From: a virus
Taxonomy: Duplodnaviria; Caudoviricetes
Direction: 5' to 3' (one strand)
Length of the DNA stretch: 64,000 nucleotides
IMG/VR virus record: IMGVR_UViG_3300005614_000001
Coordinates: 32,001 to 96,000 of that record
The notes under the pieces are model-generated. The model was not told the DNA's origin, ran no database searches, and worked only from the letters and a program-made list of their open reading frames with translations. Positions 9,601 through 18,745 of this stretch are shown here, piece by piece (the stretch's first letter is position 1; every line of letters begins with the position of its first letter). The translations under genes were made by a program, and so were the position numbers.

Positions 9601-12600
9601 TACTATTTAATCCATTCAGAAGGTCCTTAAATTTAGATTTAGCCTCTTCCCCTGTTCCAAAATAAGGAATTTCAGCTATTTCTCCATCATTTGTTATATA
9701 AATATTCTTTAAATAAGTATTTAGTTTATCCACATCAAAATCCGAACCAGCCTTAGTGGTAATAGCTTCAGGCACTACTATACTATCTCCGGTCCATGAT
9801 GGAGTAAATGCTTTTACTGTAAATGCTTCTACTGAGTTCAGTTCCTGTGTAGGGATACGAAAACCAACACCATTAAGTATTTTCTTCCCGCTATCTGTAC
9901 TATTCAGATGTTCTATTAGTTCATCATCTGAAAGCTTAGATAATTTGTTATTGCTGCTTTTAAGTTTCTTTGCAAACCAATTAGGGAGCATTACTTCCAT
10001 CCTGGATACGGAAGTTCTCTTACCACTTTCATCATAGGTAGCTTCATAAAACTTCAATCCATTAGAAACATATATCAGGTTTCCTTTACTATCTTTTCCT
10101 GCTTCTACCCTCTTTCCTTTTACTTCAAATCCTACTCCGGATAACTGTATTTTCTGTCCACCATTTACTTTTGGTTTAGCTATCAGTTTATCTATATAAG
10201 AGAATAAGATACTCTTTATCTGGTTATAGTTTATAGCTGCTTCAAATGGAATGAGGAAATTACCTTCTTCATCTAACTGAAGTATATCCTTTAGGTTTTG
10301 TGGAGCTTCTCTTCTAAAGAGTTCATCTTGTAAAATAGCAGCTACCTTTGTTTTATCCGGGATGGAAAAGCTTTCTCCATCATCTACTATTCCAAACTTA
10401 CTTAGCAATTTATCATACCCGTTATTCTGCAGGTTTTGTAAAGCATCTATGTTTCTCCTCACCTTATCTCCCATCTCTTCACTAATTGGAGTACCTGCAT
10501 TATACAGGTTTACATAAGCAAGTTTAGATAACTGGCTACCAAGAGTTCCTTTATCTTTCTCTGCTCCTGTTTCTACCTGTATCCCATAATACCTGAAGGG
10601 AATATTTAACTTTGCACTTTCCTTGAATGGAGCATCAGAATAGATATCATCTTTATTATCATTTCCCTCTATTATCCCAATCTTTCTCCCGGATTCCACT
10701 ATTGCATATCCTACCCCTTCTTTATGCATTTTTACATAGATGCTCTCCAGGTTAGTTCCCCTTACCCTGGCATAGGAAAGTGGTGCAACTGAGGTTTTAT
10801 CCAGGAAGGTATTTCCATCCATAGTAAATCCACTACCTATAGGTTTTAAGATCTGCATTACTGCAACTTTTGGATCACCTTTCTTTAGAAGATTAGTGTC
10901 ATGTTCCTTTAGTTCGGGAGAAGAATAGATATAATGTCCGTCTTCAGCCATCAGGTTTCTATCCTGGGCCATAAGATATTGAAACTGCTGTTCTTGCTGT
11001 GTACTCCACCTTGCCCCTGATTTCCACATAATTTCCCTGTAAGCTGGAAGAGGGGTCCATGATTGAGCATCTGCACCATTAGAAGCCTCATAAGGAGAAC
11101 GTAATTCTTCAGGGAGGTGTTTATCTCCAGTAATAGATTTCTCTTCAGAAAGGATATCTGATAGAGAAACAGTAGGGATATAATCCTTATGTTCCCAATA
11201 CCCAGGATCTGTAGGGGAGAGCTTAATATTCCCGGCTTTATTTAACTCTTCATTTAATTTATTATTGAATTCAGGAGTGTTGTATACAGAAGTCTCTCTT
11301 GGAGAGAGGAAGGATTTATATCTTTTTAAAGGGTCTTTGATTCCTCCATAATCCCCAAAGAACAGCTTATGCATTTCTACATTGTTTATCATGTAGTTCA
11401 CTTCTGTGAAAGTAAATAGCTTCCTTAGTTCATTTTCTGTAAGGAGTTTTCCTTCATATCCCTCTATTCCATTAAGCTTATATTTTGTTACTGTTTCCCC
11501 GGTAGCATTCTTGGTAGTTTGCTCTGTTATGACATCATTCTTCTTCAGATAATCTGTTAGGTTAGAAACTCTTGTTTCTATATAATCCTTTAGCTTATCT
11601 GTATTTAATTCCTCTTGACTATAACTGTCAGTTATATCTGCCAGTAGCCCATCATACTTCTTCCCCTCTGCTTTTGTTTTACTATCTGCTATAGACTTTT
11701 CTGTCACATAGTAAGAAGAGAATATATTATTTATTCTGTTCCAGGCAATAGATGTATCAAAAGCAGAGAGTTCTATTGGATGTTCCATTTTAAGCATCCA
11801 TTCAGTTTTGCTATCTGCCGGGACTAATATATAGTAGTTCTTATTTAAGTTTTGGTTTAGTTCAGTAACTACCCTGGTAAGAGGATCTACTTTAGAGAGA
11901 GGCTTTACATCTCCTGTCTTTACATCTGCTATACCATCTATATAAGAAATGTCCAGGGTTTTGTCATTCTTTTCTCCATTTTCATCAAATAGGTTTTTCA
12001 AATACCAGCTATCCTGTGAATAGAGAGATAATAGGTGAGGAGTGCTATTTAAGAGTTCATCTTTATCTACTGCACTATTTATATCATTGGTGATATTAGA
12101 GATAGTATTATTCTGCAGGTATTGTTGTACTCTCTCTCCACTTACATTTGTAAATGTGCTCTCCCATCCTTCCCCTTTTGCTTTAGTGTATAGTTCAGCC
12201 AGCTTTTGGAAATTACCCTTTTCTCCCAGGTTAGAAATGTCCACACTTCCCTTCCTACTTAAGAAAGTTCTGATACTTCCAATAGTAGAAGACAAACTAT
12301 CTTTGTCTTTTTTGGATAAGTTAGAGAGCATAAAGGAATCAAATTCTACCCCTAAAGCAGAAAGTAAGCCACTATCTGTCTTTGGTACTGCTGCTCCATT
12401 AAAGTTATAATTCCCTTCTTTATCTACATTTACTATCTTCCCAGGTCCTGCATTTACCTTTAAGTTATCTATCCAGCTTTGTGACAGTACCCTTGCAGCA
12501 GTATTTAAATTAGCAGGAGCAGAGTAGGTTTTATCTCCATCTTTATATTGGATAACGGCCTCTGGCCTTTGTTTACTAAAGGTATTTAGCCATGAGACAG

Positions 12601-15600
12601 CCATTTTCCAGTCACTGATAGATAGATCAGAAAGAGAGGTATTAAATTTAAGCCTGTTTATAAGACGTACATAATCTGGGTTAGTATTAGCTACTTCTTT
12701 TAAAGCATCTATTTTCTGCTCCAGGGAGTTATATTTAAATACCTGGGAAAGGGTATAGTTCATAGATTTTGACATCTGTAATGCTTTTTGCATATAGATA
12801 TCTGTATCTACTTTACTAATTACCCCTGAAGGAGAGGTTTTATCAAACAGGGTTTCTGTAAGGGTTGCATACAGCATCTTTACCCTTGCTGGTGCATTCT
12901 TCTTAAAATCAAAGGTGAGGTAGTTCTGCAGGTAAGAGTCTGCACTCTTTCCTCCATCATAATTGCTCTCCTCTCCTTCTTTATCCTGTGTACTTATTCC
13001 TTCAAATACCCCTTCAGGATTTTCAATTATTTCTGTCAACCCTTCATTAGATAGCTTTACTACTACTCCAAAGGTGTTTAGGTATTCATTTGTAAGCTCT
13101 ACTGCAGTTCCCCAGTTATTAGATATATTATCCCACAGTGTAGAATAAGCTTTATATTGAAATTCATTTATATCTCCTCTCCTGTACATTTCCGGGATAG
13201 AGTCTGCTATTTCCCCTGTAGAGGTAAATGCCTGCTTCAGCCCTGCATACACTTTCTGGTATATCTGCTTGGGATCATAATTCCCTTCTTCCAGATCTAC
13301 TATATTCTTATTTTCCCTAAATACCTGCTGGAGTATCTCTACTGCATTTCCCCGAACAAAATTATATGAATTGCTTACAGATAGCCCAGGAATGGTCCTG
13401 TAATCCACTTCTCCATTATAAGCACTCTTAATAGGAGAGGTTTTATAATACCCTGAATTTATCCTTTTAAATAAAGAGTCTATGGTGTTAACAGATGGAG
13501 AGAATAATCTTTGTACAAAGTTTACTATATCCCTGAACAGCCTTTGAATGAAATTACCTGCAGGTTTCTGGTTCTGCAGTACATAATCCCTGAATTCTTC
13601 AGCTAACTGTTCCACTGTTTGTTTACCGGAAGCAGAGTTATATGTAGTAACTGTCCCGGTCTCCCTATCTATAAAGCTTCCCTCTCTTTGCTTAAATTCA
13701 GAGAGAATGGATTGCTTTTCTTTTAGATCAGTGAACATACTCCATACAGCATGAAAAGCCTCATGGTAAGTAGTTCCGGTTTCTGCATTCTGAGATACAA
13801 ATACTATAGCATCTTTAAACTGTCCATATGCATATCCACTCCCTGTAGTAGCTATTAAATTTTTAACTCTCTGGAATGGGATAGATGAAGAGATGTTATC
13901 TTTAAACCACTTTTCTTCTTTATCAAGATCTGCAGTAATAACTCCATACTTTTCCTTCACTATTCTGTAGTCAGAAGTAAACCTGCCAGAATTTGGGAGA
14001 GATGCTCCAACTTTAGTTTCCTTTGGAAGTTCTTTTTCTACTTTAGCTTCTTGTTCTACAGTCTGCTCTATCTTTGGGAGCTTTGAAGCAACTATGGACC
14101 TAAGTGTATCTAAAGCTTCTTCATCAGTTTTACCAAGACTCTTAAGATTAGTAACCAACCCATCTAAAGCTTCAGATTGAGGGAAGGCTATCAACCATCC
14201 TTCAGGGGTATTTTCAGCAGTATATTTTAACTCCCCAAACTTACTTGGGAATGTTTTTACTTCATTTATTACTTGTGTTTCAGGTACTCCGGGTACTTTA
14301 ATACCTGGTACAGAAGGTGATGGTGTACTTTCTTTACTTTGTACTTTTGGTTCTATTTCCTTTGGAGAGAATATAGTAGCCCCTTCCTGGTTAGTGGTGA
14401 GTACTGCTGATTTATAATAAAAGTTAGTATCTAAAGGGTTAGTTTTACTTACCTCTCTTATAGATGTAGTAAGTGGAATACTGTTTACATTCCTTGCAGT
14501 GCCTTTTAATTCTGAAGGATCATCTTCTAATAGATCATGGGTATCCGATATAAGAAAGTGCTGGTATGACTTCCAGGAGATAGTTTTTAACTTATCTCCA
14601 TCTACTCCAATTATCTCTTCAAATGGAAGACCATCTACCAGTTTCTTATTATTGATATTCTGGAAGGTATCCTTAAGATAATCTTTTATTTTCTGCTGGT
14701 TCTCTTCTATTCCCTTAGCAGAGAATGGAACTCCTTCAGTTCTATTTCCAAAATACAAAAACCCATCTTTTAAGTATACCTGATTAGAGCTGGTAGGTTT
14801 ACCTTGCTGAGGTTGGGTGAAATACAGCACTCCCTGCAGGTAGTTTTCTATCTGAGGGTCTATTTCTCCCTTATTCTGCTCACTCCGTACAGCCAGAAGA
14901 TGCAGATTATCATACAAATTATCCACTTCATGGGAAGAGAATTTTCTATTGTTTAACCATTGTAAAGTACTTCCATACTGTAATACTGGTCTGCCATTTG
15001 GAAAAGATATATTCTCTCCCTGGTGAGTGATAAAACCCTTTGTAACTACCTGTACTACTCCTTTCTTCCCTATATCTTTTTTATCAATAATAGATTTAGA
15101 TACAGGGGTTTGATAGAAGTTTCCTTCACTATCCTTACCATTATATTCTCCCCTTCCTCTCGTTACATAGAAAGAGTAGACATTATCTCCATCTCCGTGT
15201 TCCAGGATTTGGTTTCTCCTTTCTTCCCAGGCTTTACTATAAGCTACTGCTTCTTCCGGAGTACCTTGAGAATACCTTGTTTCATTTGGGGAAGTTCTCC
15301 AGGAGAGGTCTGCTGTAGGCATTACTCCATACACAGCATTTTCTATATTGGTTTGTTCGCCAACCCTTCCAATTCTCTTTCCATCTACTCCTACAAAATG
15401 GTTTTCTCCTCCAGTAGAGTCGATAAATACAGTAGCTATGATAGTAGATTTATCTCCATCAAATCCTTTTGCTACATCATCTATCAATCCCTTCAACCCT
15501 AAAGACTCTTCAGTCTTTTGAGTTACCAGGATGACCCTTATATTATCTTTATTCCCTATACTATTCAGTGCTGAGAAGAACTTCTGTTGTCTTTGTGTAT

Positions 15601-18600
15601 AGGGTTTATCATCCTTTCTATTATAAGTAGTGGATTTAAATAGAATAGGGAGGGGTTTCTTTTGAGTTTCAAAAGCCTTATCTGCAGGAGCTTCTTCATG
15701 TACATTATTTTCCCCTGTAGGAAATGAAGATGCGCTCTTGGAAGAAAGCTCCTTTAGGCTATCCTCCAGCTTTTTATTAAAGTCTGTCCTTTGTTTTACT
15801 ATCTCTGCTTCTGATAGAACAGGAGAGTAACTATCTAACACTCCAGGTTCTACTTCCTGAATGTTACCTGTAGCATCTTCTACCCTTATTTTTCCACTAT
15901 CTGTTTTTTCAAGTATTTTTAACTTAGAGAGTTTTTCAGCTTGTATGTTCTGATAGTCTTTTTGCTTATCAGCTTCACCCTTATCTGTAAAAGTTTCGAT
16001 AACATTCCCTGTAGGGGAAATAAGATTATATTTATCTCCATCTTGCTGTACTTTATATTCTCCCGGTGTTTCTGTTATATATTCTCTGTTTAATTCAAAT
16101 GGTTTACCATTTACTTCAACTGTCGGAGCAGTAGTATTATCAGTTTCTTTATTTTTTGTACTATCCGTATTATCTTCCCCAATAGAGAGAGAATTTCTCC
16201 ATTCATTGTAGTTCTTTACAAAGTCCTCATATCCTTCCTGGGTAAATAAATGATCAAAAGCTGCAGAAGCATATTTCTTTCCTTTATTTATCTGGTTAAT
16301 ATCATAACCCTTTTGTATAAGGTCTACTGTATGTTCTTTAGGAAAGGATATACTATCTAAGGTTCTTTGTTCTTCCGGAGTGCGGTTATTTAATTCAAAG
16401 TCTAAAAGGGATGGAAATAGCTTAGTATATTCTGCACTTTTGAAATCTGCAGACTTAGTGATGGAAGCTATCTTTTCAGAAAGAGTATTAAGGGTATTTA
16501 TCTGCTGCTGGGCTTTTATCCTATCATCTCCACTCACTAACTTTTCATCTATCTGCTTCTGCAGGTCTTCTGATTTATCTTTATATACTTCTCTTAAGTT
16601 ATTGAGCCCTGTAGGAGAGGTTAGTTTAGCTATTAATTCATTAGTGATGGCAGGGTGTATCTTAGTAATACCCCCTTGTATTTCCTGCAGCCTGTTATTA
16701 AAATCCTTCCCGTTATAAGATAACTTTACAAGAGATGATTTATAATCTTCAAATATATTGTATGCTTCATTACTCCTCGCCTGGTCTTCAGTTTTTGCAT
16801 TCCCAAAGTACTGGTAAGGATTTTGAAATATATTAGAAATGGCATCATGAGCATCTTTTATACTCTGTGCTTTCTGTATTAAAGCATCTATATACTGATG
16901 ATTGCTTGTTCTATCCCAATCCTTTATCCCAAATAAAGTATTGATTTCTGATTCCGGGAGTTCTTTTAAAAGTTTTAATTGTTCCAACCTTACTTCAAAC
17001 CTATTAGCTTTTATCCCACTATCTACAAAGTTAAAGAACTGGTCCTTCTGTAAATTCTTGAATTTAAATATATCATTATTTTTTACAGCATCAGCTATAT
17101 CAGTTTTAGCCTGTAGGGTAGACGCAGTAGCATCATAGTTATTTTCCATAACTCCCAGTACCCCTCTTGAGTTGAGGGAATTTACAGCATGGGCAGCAGC
17201 CTGTTCTGGGGTAAATACTCCAGCCCTTGCTTTCTGTATACTTTCTACCTTATGCTCTATAGGTCCAAATAATACCCCCGTTAGTCCACCAAGGAGCATA
17301 TTTTCATACCCCTCCTGAGTACCAAATTGCCCTATTAATCCCTGTCCTGTAGCCTGTATAATAGCATCTAAATCTCCTTTGGTCTTCTTGTTATATTTAT
17401 CTTCATAGTAATTCTGAGTACCAACCTGGGCAGCATACTGTCCACCTTCTTCATATACACCTTCTGCTAATATATTAGGAATGGCAGGTTTTACATACTT
17501 CTGAAATCTTGTTTCAGGGGTGAGTTTAAGTTTATCTATATCTGCTGCTGTTGATATTTTATCTGCTGCCAGTCCAATAGTACCAGCCTGTTCTTCTGTT
17601 GCTGCCTCTACTCCTGATTTAAGGCTTTGTTTAAAAGAGTTCCATGGTTTTAATATATGCTCAAACTGAATAGCATTGGATGCCATCAGAAGTGCCATAT
17701 TCACCCCATACCGAACATTACCAGAAGCTGTTGCAATTTTATCAATGTCTTCAAGGTCCTTCCCTGTAGGATTGTAACCGTTTTTTTCATAATAGCTTTG
17801 TATTAGGTCTTTTTTAACCTGCTCATATCCCTGCCTTGCTTCCATCCCTGCTTCAGCATGAGAGGCACCCCAAAGAGTAGAAAGGTATTCAGCACCCCTC
17901 CCTATTTTCTGCCCTGCAGCAATAGCAGAGAGTTGCTTCATAGAAGCTATAGACTGAGTAGATTGTTCTATTTCTGAAGTAGCCGCAAGAACTTTTTCCA
18001 GGTCATTTGTTCCTGTAAATGCTTTATTAAGCCATAGAGCTGCCTTCCCTACTTGTTCAGAGATGAGGGGAGCTTCTCCTATACCTTCACTTATTGCTCC
18101 TATAGTAACATCTGTGAGGGCAGCACTTCCTATTGCACCTATTGTAAAACCTGTATTCTTTAGTACCTTATCACTCCAGAAGTTTGCAGCACCACCAGAG
18201 AATGGAATAGCACTCAAAAATGGATGATCCTGTTCCCACTTGGTGTAATAGTTAGGGAATTTATCCTCCAGGTTTGTCTGCCAGTTATCTAAAGACTGTT
18301 CCCATGAGTTCTTATATACATTACCTCCGGACAATCCTCTTATAGTATCCGGGATAGCCAATAATCCATCAGCAAAAGCAGATACAGCTATAGCCCCTGT
18401 TTTAACAAGAGCATTACCAAATTTACTCCATGCAGATTGGTTTTTTGCAAAGTTCTCTTCATTGTCTACAAATGGATTAAAGTTATCTCCATATCTCCTT
18501 GTTTGATTCTCTGCAGTATATATTGGTTCATCTGCTGCATCCAACCCTGATTTATCCGGGATAGATGCCAGTATATCAGATGCCTTCATAGTGCGAAGAT

Positions 18601-18742
18601 CAACCGGAGGGGCTTGGTATACAGCAGGATTAGCTACAGATGGTACTATAGGGTCAGTTTGTGGTCTTGGTCCTGTACTAATATCTGAACTGAATACCGG
18701 AGTATTTTGTATTGGAGAAGTAGGGATAGTTGGATCTGGCAT
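6683..18742 (-). CDS. Virion-packaged two-barrel RNA polymerase protein with zincin and C-terminal histidine-phosphatase domains
   Basis: 4019 aa; GFRIPTQ and GSDFDVDKL (DFDxD catalytic loop, 9728-9742); HEAFH...EQLAEEF zincin motif (13751-13765); RHGET motif (6944-6952); N-terminal hydrophobic Gly/Ala-rich helices. Confidence 0.88.
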   Translation of the reverse strand: MPDPTIPTSPIQNTPVFSSDISTGPRPQTDPIVPSVANPAVYQAPPVDLRTMKASDILASIPDKSGLDAADEPIYTAENQTRRYGDNFNPFVDNEENFAKNQSAWSKFGNALVKTGAIAVSAFADGLLAIPDTIRGLSGGNVYKNSWEQSLDNWQTNLEDKFPNYYTKWEQDHPFLSAIPFSGGAANFWSDKVLKNTGFTIGAIGSAALTDVTIGAISEGIGEAPLISEQVGKAALWLNKAFTGTNDLEKVLAATSEIEQSTQSIASMKQLSAIAAGQKIGRGAEYLSTLWGASHAEAGMEARQGYEQVKKDLIQSYYEKNGYNPTGKDLEDIDKIATASGNVRYGVNMALLMASNAIQFEHILKPWNSFKQSLKSGVEAATEEQAGTIGLAADKISTAADIDKLKLTPETRFQKYVKPAIPNILAEGVYEEGGQYAAQVGTQNYYEDKYNKKTKGDLDAIIQATGQGLIGQFGTQEGYENMLLGGLTGVLFGPIEHKVESIQKARAGVFTPEQAAAHAVNSLNSRGVLGVMENNYDATASTLQAKTDIADAVKNNDIFKFKNLQKDQFFNFVDSGIKANRFEVRLEQLKLLKELPESEINTLFGIKDWDRTSNHQYIDALIQKAQSIKDAHDAISNIFQNPYQYFGNAKTEDQARSNEAYNIFEDYKSSLVKLSYNGKDFNNRLQEIQGGITKIHPAITNELIAKLTSPTGLNNLREVYKDKSEDLQKQIDEKLVSGDDRIKAQQQINTLNTLSEKIASITKSADFKSAEYTKLFPSLLDFELNNRTPEEQRTLDSISFPKEHTVDLIQKGYDINQINKGKKYASAAFDHLFTQEGYEDFVKNYNEWRNSLSIGEDNTDSTKNKETDNTTAPTVEVNGKPFELNREYITETPGEYKVQQDGDKYNLISPTGNVIETFTDKGEADKQKDYQNIQAEKLSKLKILEKTDSGKIRVEDATGNIQEVEPGVLDSYSPVLSEAEIVKQRTDFNKKLEDSLKELSSKSASSFPTGENNVHEEAPADKAFETQKKPLPILFKSTTYNRKDDKPYTQRQQKFFSALNSIGNKDNIRVILVTQKTEESLGLKGLIDDVAKGFDGDKSTIIATVFIDSTGGENHFVGVDGKRIGRVGEQTNIENAVYGVMPTADLSWRTSPNETRYSQGTPEEAVAYSKAWEERRNQILEHGDGDNVYSFYVTRGRGEYNGKDSEGNFYQTPVSKSIIDKKDIGKKGVVQVVTKGFITHQGENISFPNGRPVLQYGSTLQWLNNRKFSSHEVDNLYDNLHLLAVRSEQNKGEIDPQIENYLQGVLYFTQPQQGKPTSSNQVYLKDGFLYFGNRTEGVPFSAKGIEENQQKIKDYLKDTFQNINNKKLVDGLPFEEIIGVDGDKLKTISWKSYQHFLISDTHDLLEDDPSELKGTARNVNSIPLTTSIREVSKTNPLDTNFYYKSAVLTTNQEGATIFSPKEIEPKVQSKESTPSPSVPGIKVPGVPETQVINEVKTFPSKFGELKYTAENTPEGWLIAFPQSEALDGLVTNLKSLGKTDEEALDTLRSIVASKLPKIEQTVEQEAKVEKELPKETKVGASLPNSGRFTSDYRIVKEKYGVITADLDKEEKWFKDNISSSIPFQRVKNLIATTGSGYAYGQFKDAIVFVSQNAETGTTYHEAFHAVWSMFTDLKEKQSILSEFKQREGSFIDRETGTVTTYNSASGKQTVEQLAEEFRDYVLQNQKPAGNFIQRLFRDIVNFVQRLFSPSVNTIDSLFKRINSGYYKTSPIKSAYNGEVDYRTIPGLSVSNSYNFVRGNAVEILQQVFRENKNIVDLEEGNYDPKQIYQKVYAGLKQAFTSTGEIADSIPEMYRRGDINEFQYKAYSTLWDNISNNWGTAVELTNEYLNTFGVVVKLSNEGLTEIIENPEGVFEGISTQDKEGEESNYDGGKSADSYLQNYLTFDFKKNAPARVKMLYATLTETLFDKTSPSGVISKVDTDIYMQKALQMSKSMNYTLSQVFKYNSLEQKIDALKEVANTNPDYVRLINRLKFNTSLSDLSISDWKMAVSWLNTFSKQRPEAVIQYKDGDKTYSAPANLNTAARVLSQSWIDNLKVNAGPGKIVNVDKEGNYNFNGAAVPKTDSGLLSALGVEFDSFMLSNLSKKDKDSLSSTIGSIRTFLSRKGSVDISNLGEKGNFQKLAELYTKAKGEGWESTFTNVSGERVQQYLQNNTISNITNDINSAVDKDELLNSTPHLLSLYSQDSWYLKNLFDENGEKNDKTLDISYIDGIADVKTGDVKPLSKVDPLTRVVTELNQNLNKNYYILVPADSKTEWMLKMEHPIELSAFDTSIAWNRINNIFSSYYVTEKSIADSKTKAEGKKYDGLLADITDSYSQEELNTDKLKDYIETRVSNLTDYLKKNDVITEQTTKNATGETVTKYKLNGIEGYEGKLLTENELRKLFTFTEVNYMINNVEMHKLFFGDYGGIKDPLKRYKSFLSPRETSVYNTPEFNNKLNEELNKAGNIKLSPTDPGYWEHKDYIPTVSLSDILSEEKSITGDKHLPEELRSPYEASNGADAQSWTPLPAYREIMWKSGARWSTQQEQQFQYLMAQDRNLMAEDGHYIYSSPELKEHDTNLLKKGDPKVAVMQILKPIGSGFTMDGNTFLDKTSVAPLSYARVRGTNLESIYVKMHKEGVGYAIVESGRKIGIIEGNDNKDDIYSDAPFKESAKLNIPFRYYGIQVETGAEKDKGTLGSQLSKLAYVNLYNAGTPISEEMGDKVRRNIDALQNLQNNGYDKLLSKFGIVDDGESFSIPDKTKVAAILQDELFRREAPQNLKDILQLDEEGNFLIPFEAAINYNQIKSILFSYIDKLIAKPKVNGGQKIQLSGVGFEVKGKRVEAGKDSKGNLIYVSNGLKFYEATYDESGKRTSVSRMEVMLPNWFAKKLKSSNNKLSKLSDDELIEHLNSTDSGKKILNGVGFRIPTQELNSVEAFTVKAFTPSWTGDSIVVPEAITTKAGSDFDVDKLNTYLKNIYITNDGEIAEIPYFGTGEEAKSKFKDLLNGLNSKEELIDNLLPGEAVKAFDALADFDFLQEEEKLNKQVEDMYSKSLENEYFNSLEDLILLPENYERLIAANNSKELMSLRDNLVKLAPEEFGSSDDRSPLNRLYMSNTRHTFIMGKGGVGIAAVAQTNNSLNQLGEIYLDIDKASSLPKYQQEYIGDGKIALPHNSISIDGRDVATLSNNKDVDGRYISDKISQYINGFVDVAKDPFIAQIIQSPSLTGTFLMLEKAGTPTSTVVYFMNQPIIREYMKLLAKKNTTWLYDNRNVEAIRQLFPKGSRKITSALNVSNIVLKSNIETFYSGGVLNQEENTQQQQILSEFLKYGVMSQNLFDITQGTNYDTDSSGDPVMQYRKQYKTDKAREANIWNTVDTLLDKSHLGNLQSLVASSSKAISESLIAIENPEIKSYLAPVLDNLLETRGLSKDDYRKAARTAEEHFMTYAIQTSSRLNNRVKELMVDQSTAVATELAALKNSLPKGSDLYNNTVLQQLIPLLKNKNSAAKGVTIASKVSDAITSDVYTGAFRELRDNPQTRDLYYNLVRLSFLQSGISTSPVSFFKYLPSEDYAKVIKPVVDKMDSMSNLSAFNDLGVFFRNSWSNTDIVPNVTEDFNDRGESKKRLYPEWMKGLREKYNVNDIRNNTYKLYTASGSSSSRFITMNLFADQREADNGVSGGKILLQRLEDESGTPMKEGSADFPYYIYTPVNAWGDGSRAQEFYDTPSQSVLDNGYLKIQEIPQQEILDAYRSAKGITIVNRDRVESNSGGYIKPSQDFKAWDIGDLEGRPESTDRKTVNNLVKNSSEKPQGNSGNRGESFNEFKDRVINAFRGLLQTAPDNTLVVTHSSVIKILDSWIKEGKTNDNKIDINYYLAGTTDTGDVFKYKSDNGILLVARHGETEDNVKGLLRTSETQLTKKGVEQAQKVGEELKGTNIPQIITSDLPRAIHTSEIIASKVRAPFETFKPNITSANAEKTLNLVKGNC

Positions 18743-18745
18743 TAA